Assembly: GCF_000299365.1 (NCBI RefSeq)
Contig: NC_018655.1
Span: 1,440,001-1,472,000 of the forward strand
DNA length: 32,000 nt
Source of the DNA: Candidatus Nitrosopumilus koreensis AR1
Lineage (GTDB): Archaea > Thermoproteota > Nitrososphaeria > Nitrososphaerales > Nitrosopumilaceae
Direction of reading: 5' to 3'
The notes beneath the pieces were generated by a model. It saw only the letters and a list, made by a program, of their open reading frames with translations. It ran no database searches and was not told the DNA's origin. Both the position numbers and the translations under genes were made by a program. Of the stretch, positions 23,884 through 31,130 are shown in pieces; the first letter of the stretch is position 1; every line of letters begins with the position of its first letter.

Positions 23884-24549
23884 TTAATGCACCTTAGCGT
23901 ATTCTAATAGTTCTTTTCCATCAATTAATGGAATTCCATTTTGTTTTCCAAACTTTTCTGCCTTGTCAACAGATAATGCAGTATATGTTTCAGCATCCAT
24001 CATTTCACAAATTGCAGTTACAGGAGTCAAACCTGCAATCTGTGCAAGATATACGGACATCTCTGTATGTCCTTGACGTGCTGCTAACAAACCTTTTGAT
24101 GCAATTAACAAAGGAACATGTCCAGGAGTTTTAAATGATGATGCGAACTTTTTTTGTTTGTTCTCAACATTATAGATATTTGCCATTTCTCTTATAGTCA
24201 AAGATCTGTCATTATCAGTAATTCCAGTATAAGTCTGATAATGATTTACAGACAATGAAAATGTTGGATGATCACCATAAGGTGCCAGTCCCATGATCAT
24301 CTCCTTATTTGGAATTGAGGAATCAGATAAAATTTCGTGCATATATTTTAGTTCTAATGAATTTGCAAAGTTGTTATCTATTGCAATACAAAGTAATCCA
24401 CCAGCATGTTGACGCATTCTAGCAACATGTTCAGGAGTAACAAATTCTGCAGCTACTACCATGTCAATCTCATTTTCCCTTCCTGCAGAATCAAACAAAA
24501 GTACAAACTCTCCTCTTTTTAGAGATTGTAATGCAGATTCAAGAGACAT
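23884..24549 (-). CDS. ribB: 3,4-dihydroxy-2-butanone 4-phosphate synthase.
   Basis: MSLESALQSLKRGEFVLLFDSAGRENEIDMVVAAEFVTPEHVARMRQHAGGLLCIAI matches the RibB core. The start is taken at ATG 24549 (the track's GTG at 24606 adds a hydrophobic, non-conserved extension). Confidence 0.9.
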   Translation of the reverse strand: MSLESALQSLKRGEFVLLFDSAGRENEIDMVVAAEFVTPEHVARMRQHAGGLLCIAIDNNFANSLELKYMHEILSDSSIPNKEMIMGLAPYGDHPTFSLSVNHYQTYTGITDNDRSLTIREMANIYNVENKQKKFASSFKTPGHVPLLIASKGLLAARQGHTEMSVYLAQIAGLTPVTAICEMMDAETYTALSVDKAEKFGKQNGIPLIDGKELLEYAKVH

Positions 24550-24627
24550 AAACAAAAAAATCCTCAAACGGATTATAAAGTTTACTAAAAAATTGGTAAT
24601 TACCACTAAAGTAGTAGATTATCGTGT

Positions 24628-25215
24628 TTATTTTAGGATGTATTTCCCAAGAATGTCAGTTTCAATATTAACTTTGTCGCCTACTTTTTTGGTTTGAAAA
24701 TTTGTAACCTCAATTGTATGAGGAATTAATGATACAGATGCAAGATTTTTTTTAATGTCAACTACAGTCAGGCTTATCCCATCAACTGCAATGGAGCCTT
24801 TCTTCACGACATACTTTGCTAATTTTTTAGGTACCTCAAACCAAACTTGAACTTCTTTAGGTTTTTTTAGAATTTTTTTGATAATTCCTACTCCATCAAC
24901 ATGACCTAAAACAAAATGACCTTCTAGTCTATCTCCGGCTTTTAAACTTCGTTCAATGTTTACTATTCCACCAACTTTAAGATTTCCAAGATCAGTTTTC
25001 TTTGTTGTCTCTTCAATCATTTCAAATATACAGTTTGATTTTGACAGTTTTGTTGCCGTAAGGCAAACACCATTTAGTGCAACGCTTTGTCCAATTTTAA
25101 GTCCTTTTGCATGTTTTCCCAGATTCACAGTCATTTGTATTGCACTTCTATTTTTTGTATTTTTAGAAATTTTTTCTACCTTACCTATTCCCTCAACAAT
25201 TCCAGTAAACATCAA
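24628..25215 (-). CDS. ribE: Riboflavin synthase, eubacterial/eukaryotic two-barrel type.
   Basis: The canonical N-terminus (M)MFTGIVEGIGKV is present. The internal duplication is visible (GQSVALNGVCLT / GSIAVDGISLT), as is LIPHT. Confidence 0.9.
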   Translation of the reverse strand: MMFTGIVEGIGKVEKISKNTKNRSAIQMTVNLGKHAKGLKIGQSVALNGVCLTATKLSKSNCIFEMIEETTKKTDLGNLKVGGIVNIERSLKAGDRLEGHFVLGHVDGVGIIKKILKKPKEVQVWFEVPKKLAKYVVKKGSIAVDGISLTVVDIKKNLASVSLIPHTIEVTNFQTKKVGDKVNIETDILGKYILK

Positions 25216-25266
25216 AACTATCTACAAATTCATGTATAAAATGATTTAGATGATTTTCATGTAAAA

Positions 25267-25971
25267 TTATTTGTCATCTAATTTCTTAAATTCATTTTCA
25301 CAAACTTGATGGAAAAGAGAACATTTGTTTTCTTTTGCATCTATCTTAATTTTTTCCATATCTTTGTTAAGAATTCCCTGTGCAGCCAAAAATGCATCAT
25401 CCTTCTTTCCTAATTTTTCAAACAGTTTTGATTTAGCAAGAGGAATTTCCTTGAGGCTAGAGTCAACTGATTGGGCCTTATCATAAAGTTCTATTGCACT
25501 TTCATAATCTCTCAAATGGCTATAAGATATAGCTTTATTCATCAAAGCAGTAACATCATTTGGATCTATTTCAAGTGATTTGTTATAACATTCAAGCGCA
25601 TCTTTGTGTCGATTTAATTCATTCAAAGACAAACCCTTACTATTCAAAGCCCAAGAATCACGGGGATTTAAAGAAAGAATTTGATCACATAATTCTAGAA
25701 CTTGTTCATATTGATTCAGACTTTCTAATGCATAAATTTTATTTTTTAATGCATAAGTATCTGATTCTTTTATTTCAAGAACTCTATCACAATATTTTAT
25801 GGCTTCTTGATATCTTTGTAGATAAATCAAGGATAGACAGATATTTTGCAGTGCAACCATGTCATTAGGGATTTTTTCAAGCAGTCCCTTGCAATAATTG
25901 TACATCTCCTCATATTTTCCTGCATTAAACATTCTAGTAATGACATTACATGGGTCTAGCAGATTAACCAT
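25267..25971 (-). CDS. Tetratricopeptide (TPR) repeat protein.
   Basis: 234 aa. It has about 5 consecutive 34-aa units with the A..Y/A..P pattern (e.g. EAIKYCDRVLEIKESDTYALKNK, EQVLELCDQILSLNPRDSWALNSKG, DALECYNKSLEIDPNDVTALMNKA). Confidence 0.85.
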   Translation of the reverse strand: MVNLLDPCNVITRMFNAGKYEEMYNYCKGLLEKIPNDMVALQNICLSLIYLQRYQEAIKYCDRVLEIKESDTYALKNKIYALESLNQYEQVLELCDQILSLNPRDSWALNSKGLSLNELNRHKDALECYNKSLEIDPNDVTALMNKAISYSHLRDYESAIELYDKAQSVDSSLKEIPLAKSKLFEKLGKKDDAFLAAQGILNKDMEKIKIDAKENKCSLFHQVCENEFKKLDDK

Positions 25972-26036
25972 TTTCTAACAATTAGAATAAAATTTCATCA
26001 TCTTTAAGATAATCTGAAAAAAGGAAAATTTCTTAG

Positions 26037-26180
26037 CTATTTTAAGACTTTACGAATGGTTTCGTTTAGGACTTTGGAATAGCTGTAAGAAGTTTGTTCT
26101 TGTTGAATTAACTTTGCTTGACGAAGTCGAAGTTTTTTATCGATGTCATCATCAATCATTATTGTTACTCGTTTGGCCAT
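26037..26180 (-). CDS. Small ribbon-helix-helix (CopG/Arc/MetJ-like) DNA-binding protein, 47 aa (below the ORF-track cutoff).
   Basis: The sequence is MAKRVTIMIDDDIDKKLRLRQAKLIQQEQTSYSYSKVLNETIRKVLK. It fits a beta-strand (KRVTIMID), helix A and helix B layout, with S-Y-S starting helix 2. It lies 59 nt downstream of the receiver gene on the same strand. Confidence 0.5.
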   Translation of the reverse strand: MAKRVTIMIDDDIDKKLRLRQAKLIQQEQTSYSYSKVLNETIRKVLK

Positions 26181-26239
26181 TTATGTTAAATTATGATAAT
26201 TATAATATAACATTATATGAAATGTCCCAAAAATGGGAA

Positions 26240-26590
26240 TTAGTTGTTTATGTTAGAGATGACATGTTCGATGTTAAAGGGTTTTTGGATTACAGGCACA
26301 TTCAATTTTTCTAATTTCTCTTCAGTCTGACTACTTGTATCGGCAGTAACTGCAATTATCCGTGCTGTTGGTTCAATTTCTTGAATTTTCTTAATTGCAT
26401 AAAAACCAGAACCATTAGGCATATTGAGATCAATAAGAGTCACATCAGGTTTTAATTTTTTAAACAATTTAACAGCGGTGATACCATCAAATCCATTTCC
26501 TACAACATTAATGCCCTTCTCTTCAAGAAATTCGGAAAACAGTCTAACAGTATCTTCATCATCATCGACAATAATCACAGACTTGCTCAT
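26240..26590 (-). CDS. Stand-alone response-regulator receiver (CheY-like) protein.
   Basis: It has VIIVDDDED (acidic pocket), TLIDLNMPNGSG (phospho-acceptor Asp), IIAVTA and IQKPF (conserved Lys). Confidence 0.9.
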   Translation of the reverse strand: MSKSVIIVDDDEDTVRLFSEFLEEKGINVVGNGFDGITAVKLFKKLKPDVTLIDLNMPNGSGFYAIKKIQEIEPTARIIAVTADTSSQTEEKLEKLNVPVIQKPFNIEHVISNINN

Positions 26591-26615
26591 TATATTTATG
26601 AAAATGCTATAAGTT

Positions 26616-26624
26616 CTTTATATC
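26616..26624. promoter_or_regulatory. Single central TATA-like element in a 55-bp divergent intergenic region.
   Basis: ctttatatc is centred about 26 nt from ATG 26646 (+) and about 30 nt from ATG 26590 (-). This spacing fits leaderless archaeal transcripts in both directions. Confidence 0.35.
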
Positions 26625-26645
26625 TTACATCTTTAGATATCACAC

Positions 26646-27257
26646 ATGGCAGGATTAGACAAATTAATTTCATTATCATTACCATCAATAATTAAGAAAA
26701 AAATTGATGTTGACACGCTAAAAAAGATTGAACGAGAATTGTTTTTAGAACATGGCATGTCAATAAAACTTTCAATGGAGCACTTTCAGACATTATTAAA
26801 AATTATCAAGAAAAATTCCGAAATAGATGTCAGCAGATTTGAAATGGAATGTCTGGAACAACTATTCCAAATAAAAAAATTAAAAGAAAACTATCATGTT
26901 ACAATTACCAATTCAAAATTAATTCATTTTATTTTAGACATACTTGGAGACGATGAAACCAGAAAGATGATTTTATACATTTTAAAAAGTGAACATACCA
27001 TACCTGAAATTATAAAAGAATCTGGAGTTCCCAAAACCTCAGGGTATAGAAAAATAGAGAATCTATTAATCAATGGGTTTTTCATAGAGACAGGAAAAAT
27101 CCTAAGTGAAAGCAAAAAAATTTCAAAAATTCAATGCGTATTTCAAGAAATTTTAGTTGATGCTAAAAAAGAAAAACTTACAGTCAGTGGAATTGTGCCT
27201 AAAAAAATATTTGAGAAAAGCACAACAATGAAATCTATTGTTAAAAACCTAGAATGA
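26646..27257 (+). CDS. Putative winged-helix (ArsR/TrmB-like) transcriptional regulator.
   Basis: 203 aa. The segment ETRKMILYILKSEHTIPEIIKESGVPKTSGYRKIENLLINGFFIETGK looks like an HTH plus wing. The gene is divergent from the receiver gene. Confidence 0.55.
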   Translation: MAGLDKLISLSLPSIIKKKIDVDTLKKIERELFLEHGMSIKLSMEHFQTLLKIIKKNSEIDVSRFEMECLEQLFQIKKLKENYHVTITNSKLIHFILDILGDDETRKMILYILKSEHTIPEIIKESGVPKTSGYRKIENLLINGFFIETGKILSESKKISKIQCVFQEILVDAKKEKLTVSGIVPKKIFEKSTTMKSIVKNLE

Positions 27258-27258
27258 A

Positions 27259-28113
27259 TTATTTAACAAGGTCAAGTAGTGCCTTTGCTTGTTTAAAATG
27301 AACCTCATCAATCATTTTTCCATCAACAGTAGTAGCACCTTTTCCTTTTTTTGTTGATGCAAGATAGGTTTTGCAAACTTTCTCAGCCCACAAAATTTCA
27401 CTTTTGTTTGGATGAAACAATTTGTGAGTTACAGAAATATGATCAGGATGAATAATGCTTTTTCCAGAATAGCCCAAACTTTTTCCAACTTTGCAATCTT
27501 TTTCTAATCCTTTTGTATCTTTAAGATCTTGCCAGATGGCATCAATTGCAGCAATACCTGCTGCACGTGCATCTACAGGAATTTTTCTTCTAGAGTATTT
27601 TGCACCTTCAGATTCTTTAGTATATTCTACTCCAAGATCATTGAGAAGATCAAATACGCCAAAAACTACCGCTGATACTCGTTTACTACAAGAAGCTATT
27701 TCGTAGGTGTTTACAACACCTTCTGCAGATTCTATAGAAGGGATTAGTTGCACGGGTTTTAGTTTACGTGTTTTTTCCAACCCTGAAATTATTTTTTCAA
27801 TTTTTTTGAGTTCTGTTGTGTTGTTGACCTTTGGAATTACAATTCCATCAATTCCTTTTTGAACAATTTCTTTAAGATCTGCAGGAATTTTGCCAGACAG
27901 AGGAGAATTTGTACGAACAAAAATTGAAGATTTGTATGATTTTCTAGATTTGAGTGCAGACTTGATTAGCTTTCTTGCAGTTGTTTTTTCAGCATCTGGA
28001 ACAGAGTCCTCTAAATCAAAACAAACAATATCAGCCTGTAGCGTTTTTGCTTTTTCTAGAAACCTAGAATTATTTCCGGGAACAAAAATGAGACTACGAA
28101 AGAGCTGAGTCAT
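27259..28113 (-). CDS. HpcH/HpaI aldolase / citrate lyase beta (CitE)-like acyl-CoA lyase.
   Basis: RSLIFVPGNNSRFLEKAKTLQADIVCFDLEDSV, IPSIESAEGV, VFGVFDLLNDLG and GKSIIHPDHI match the CitE/malyl-CoA-lyase family blocks. Confidence 0.85.
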   Translation of the reverse strand: MTQLFRSLIFVPGNNSRFLEKAKTLQADIVCFDLEDSVPDAEKTTARKLIKSALKSRKSYKSSIFVRTNSPLSGKIPADLKEIVQKGIDGIVIPKVNNTTELKKIEKIISGLEKTRKLKPVQLIPSIESAEGVVNTYEIASCSKRVSAVVFGVFDLLNDLGVEYTKESEGAKYSRRKIPVDARAAGIAAIDAIWQDLKDTKGLEKDCKVGKSLGYSGKSIIHPDHISVTHKLFHPNKSEILWAEKVCKTYLASTKKGKGATTVDGKMIDEVHFKQAKALLDLVK

Positions 28114-28120
28114 TAAATGA

Positions 28121-29200
28121 CTAAGCGCCTTCTGGCTTCATTAAGATTTTGCCAAAGAGTCCCTTACCGGTTAACATCTTTGTGTGAGCCTCAGCTGCTT
28201 GCTCAAATGTGTAAGTTGAGTCAATTGCTGCTTTGATTTTTCCTTGACCCATCCAGTAAAGGGCTTGATCAAGTTCGGCTTTGGTTCCTTGTGTTGAACC
28301 CAAGATGTTAGTTCCCTTAAAGAAGATGTGTCTCAGGTCAGTGTGTGCATCATAACCTGTTGTTGCACCACATGAAACTAGTGTAGCACCATATTTGAGT
28401 AAGGTTAGTTGTTTGTTCCAATGAGTCTCACCAATGTGATCAAATGAAACATCAATTCCTGGGACTTCACCTTTCTTTTTGGCAATTTCTTTGGTAATTG
28501 CTCTTACTTCTTTGTGCCAATCATCTTTTCTGTGATCAACCGCATAATCAGCACCAAGTTCTAGACATTTGTCTAATTTGTCTGGGCTTGCAGTTGCAAT
28601 AACATCACAATTGTATAGTTTTGCAATTTGAATTCCAAAACTTCCTACTCCAGAACCACCACCCATAATAAGTACGGTTTGACCGGGTGTAATCTTGGCT
28701 CTACCAACTAGCATATGCCAAGAGGTAAGAATTGTCATTGATGCAGCTGCTGCTTCATCATATGAAACGCCTTCAGGAATTTTTGAAACATTAACTTCTG
28801 GTAAGTGGGTTACTTCTTGATAAGCTCCCCAAGTTGGACCAGTTTGGAATCCCCAAATCATTCTGTTAACACAGTCAAATTCTCTTCCATCCGTACATGC
28901 TTTACAAACTCTGCATGACATGTTTGAGTGGGAAACTACTCTATCTCCAACTTTGATATTTTTTACATCCTCTCCAACTGCGATGACATCACCTGCAGCA
29001 TCAGAACCTGAAACATGTGGTAATGGTACAGGTACTGGTTGTCCTCGCATACCCCAAATATCATTATAATTTAGGGCTGCAGATTTTACTTTAAAAACAA
29101 CTTCATCTGCTTTTGGTTTTGGTTCATCTATATCCTGGACTTTAAGGATCTTAGCATAATCATCATCTGGTGCATATTCATTGTATACAACGGCTTTCAT
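28121..29200 (-). CDS. Zinc-binding medium-chain dehydrogenase/reductase (MDR), enoyl/acyl-CoA reductase-like.
   Basis: 359 aa. It has the structural-zinc cluster CRVCKACTDGREFDC, the Rossmann motif IMGGGSGVGSFGIQIA and the N-terminal LNYNDIWGMRG segment, as in crotonyl/acryloyl-CoA reductase-like MDRs. Its G+C is visibly higher than that of its neighbours. Confidence 0.85.
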   Translation of the reverse strand: MKAVVYNEYAPDDDYAKILKVQDIDEPKPKADEVVFKVKSAALNYNDIWGMRGQPVPVPLPHVSGSDAAGDVIAVGEDVKNIKVGDRVVSHSNMSCRVCKACTDGREFDCVNRMIWGFQTGPTWGAYQEVTHLPEVNVSKIPEGVSYDEAAAASMTILTSWHMLVGRAKITPGQTVLIMGGGSGVGSFGIQIAKLYNCDVIATASPDKLDKCLELGADYAVDHRKDDWHKEVRAITKEIAKKKGEVPGIDVSFDHIGETHWNKQLTLLKYGATLVSCGATTGYDAHTDLRHIFFKGTNILGSTQGTKAELDQALYWMGQGKIKAAIDSTYTFEQAAEAHTKMLTGKGLFGKILMKPEGA

Positions 29201-29242
29201 GGATAAAGCAGTACCTTTCCCATAATTATATTTTATCTGAGA

Positions 29243-29524
29243 TCAGACACGATTGAACTTGAAATCTCGTTTTGGTTGTTGTGTAGAAAGCAAAATTTGC
29301 TTTAATTGATCGTCTGAGATTTGGCCAGGAATTTTTCCTTGGGTTGCCATTCCTATCAAATATTGCTCCACAAGATCTGCTAATTCTGGCTTTACCATTT
29401 TGATATTGTTTAATCTCATTCTTGCTTCGGGCACAAGAATCTGTTTTAGAATTTGTTCTTTTTGTGCAGATTGCTCGTGATCGTTATTATCTTGAGAAAA
29501 ATCGTTTGAATCAGGAAAACTCAT
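29243..29524 (-). CDS. DNA-binding protein of the PDCD5/TFAR19 family.
   Basis: ILKQILVPEARMRLNNIKMVKPELADLVEQYLIGMATQGKIPGQISDDQLKQIL matches the conserved PDCD5 core. Confidence 0.8.
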   Translation of the reverse strand: MSFPDSNDFSQDNNDHEQSAQKEQILKQILVPEARMRLNNIKMVKPELADLVEQYLIGMATQGKIPGQISDDQLKQILLSTQQPKRDFKFNRV

Positions 29525-29530
29525 TTTGAA

Positions 29531-29983
29531 TCAAGTGTAAACTTTCAATTGAGGATTTTCAACAATCATTTCTTTTAGAATTTCTGTTGCCAGTCTGTCA
29601 AGTTTTTGCATACCATGTTTAGAAACTACACGACCTTTTTTCTCAACTTTTTCCAGATAACCTAATTTTTCTAATCCATGAATGGCATTTCTAATAATTG
29701 CGCCGCCAGCATCTTTGTGATGAGCTGCACCATATCCAGATGGTTTGCCACCACCATAATCTTTTCTTAATTCGTTAATTCCAATTGGGCCGTGAAGGTA
29801 AATTTTTCTCATAATTGAAGCACATCTTGTATACCACCAATCACGGTTTTGTGGTGGTTTGTCAGCATGAGCTCCAGTTTTTACAAATGGAATCCAAGAA
29901 GGTGCTGGAATATCCTCATTTTTTAAAATATCAGCTAGTTTTCCTATCAGCACATCTGCTGGTACGTCATACACCTTTGCCAT
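29531..29983 (-). CDS. rps19e: 30S ribosomal protein eS19 (S19e).
   Basis: Matching blocks are VYDVPADVLIGKLADILK..APSWIPFVKTGAHADKPPQNRDWWYTRCASIMRKIYLHGPIG and GGAIIRNAIHGLEKLGY. Confidence 0.95.
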   Translation of the reverse strand: MAKVYDVPADVLIGKLADILKNEDIPAPSWIPFVKTGAHADKPPQNRDWWYTRCASIMRKIYLHGPIGINELRKDYGGGKPSGYGAAHHKDAGGAIIRNAIHGLEKLGYLEKVEKKGRVVSKHGMQKLDRLATEILKEMIVENPQLKVYT

Positions 29984-30014
29984 GAAGACAAAAAATTGAG
30001 AATCGTCTTATAAA

Positions 30015-30335
30015 TCATTGAGATATTATTTTACGATAAGTATGCCCACACAAGTAGCAAGATATTCTGATCGACTTGACAGACGCTCTACCTAAACGGA
30101 TTCTAGAATTCACTCCAGGGGCAATGAATGATTTGCATTTTTTACAAAAAACCATTCTAAGCTCATAAGGCATTCGGATTTTGTGTCTAGTACTAATCCT
30201 TCTAGCAAGAAGTGCCTGGCGCTGAGAGAGTTTGGGATTTTCTTTTGCATTACTGATTGCATTTTTTATTAGAATGTGCATTCTCTCCATTGCAAGTTTT
30301 CTTACTGCAGGTTTCACAATAATTTCTGAGGTCAC
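30015..30335 (-). CDS. rnp4: RNase P protein component 4 (Rpp21/Rpr2).
   Basis: It has RMHILIKNA...ARRISTRHKIRMPYELRMVFCKKCKSFIAPGVNSRIRL...ISCYLCGH, which includes the zinc ribbon C-x2-C ... C-x2-C. Confidence 0.85.
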   Translation of the reverse strand: MTSEIIVKPAVRKLAMERMHILIKNAISNAKENPKLSQRQALLARRISTRHKIRMPYELRMVFCKKCKSFIAPGVNSRIRLGRASVKSIRISCYLCGHTYRKIISQ

Positions 30336-30364
30336 ACCTAAAAATTACTTGTTATTAGAAAAGA

Positions 30365-30438
30365 TGCAGTCAGCGGGATTCGAACCCGCGTCACAGGGTT
30401 GGAAACCCCGAATACTAACCAGGCTATACTATGACTGC
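30365..30438 (-). tRNA. tRNA-Gly (anticodon UCC), 74 nt, with no encoded CCA and no intron.
   Basis: The minus strand reads GCAGTCA TA GTAT AGCCTGGTTA GTAT T CGGGG TTTCCAA CCCTG TGAC GCGGG TTCGAAT CCCGC TGACTGC A. The 7-bp acceptor stem is perfect, the T-loop is TTCGAAT, and the anticodon loop has TCC at positions 34-36. Confidence 0.9.
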
Positions 30439-30460
30439 AACAGAATGCAAATTTTGAGTC

Positions 30461-31129
30461 CTACATAAAAATGGTTTTTTCACACTCATACAGCATTCTG
30501 GCAACTACAGTGTGTCCTTCAAAGGATTCATCGCCAACCGAATACATTTGAGTGAACTTTTTTTCAATTATATCTGAAAAGTGTCCCTTTTGGAATCCCC
30601 CAAATACAAGGCAGGAGTCATTTGAAATATCGGCAGCAATTTTTTCATAAGAGTTCAAGTCGCCTTTGGTAGAAAACCCCAGTACATTTGATGGGTTTAT
30701 TTCATCTACTAGTTCTGGAAATGTTTTGTCTTTGATTTCAAGTAGGACATTATTATTTGCAATTATCTTTTTTTCTTTATACAATTTTTCAATTAAACCT
30801 TCGAATCGATGATATGATTTTGGCACATGCACATTTGATCCAAAAGAAATTACCTTATCATCAACTGTATGAACATAAAATTTGATTTTATTTTTTTGGT
30901 AAAGTGGAATTGTTGTAGCTTCAAGTATTGAAAAATGTACAAGGTCTGGCCGTCCTCTTTTCAATTCATTGTCAATTCCTTTCATTGCTGCAAAATGCCA
31001 TGAATTATCCAATAGAATTTCAGATGGATGTTTTCCCAATTTTCTTGCATGGGAAATTACAGATGGATGGTGTTTTAATTCAGACGGTACAAGCTCTAAT
31101 GCAGATTCTGCTAGAATTAAAGAAATCAT
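30461..31129 (-). CDS. nep1: Ribosomal RNA small subunit methyltransferase Nep1 (Emg1, SPOUT).
   Basis: LILAESALELVPSEL, LLDNSWHFAAMKG, RGRPDLVHFSILEA and VPKSYHRFEGLIEKL match Nep1 blocks. Confidence 0.9.
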   Translation of the reverse strand: MISLILAESALELVPSELKHHPSVISHARKLGKHPSEILLDNSWHFAAMKGIDNELKRGRPDLVHFSILEATTIPLYQKNKIKFYVHTVDDKVISFGSNVHVPKSYHRFEGLIEKLYKEKKIIANNNVLLEIKDKTFPELVDEINPSNVLGFSTKGDLNSYEKIAADISNDSCLVFGGFQKGHFSDIIEKKFTQMYSVGDESFEGHTVVARMLYECEKTIFM

Positions 31130-31130
31130 T

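Noticed and set aside
30232-30468. A 78-aa plus-strand ORF.
   Set aside because: It runs antisense through the rnp4 5' end and straight across the tRNA-Gly gene. The tRNA cloverleaf and the Rpp21 zinc ribbon explain this DNA.
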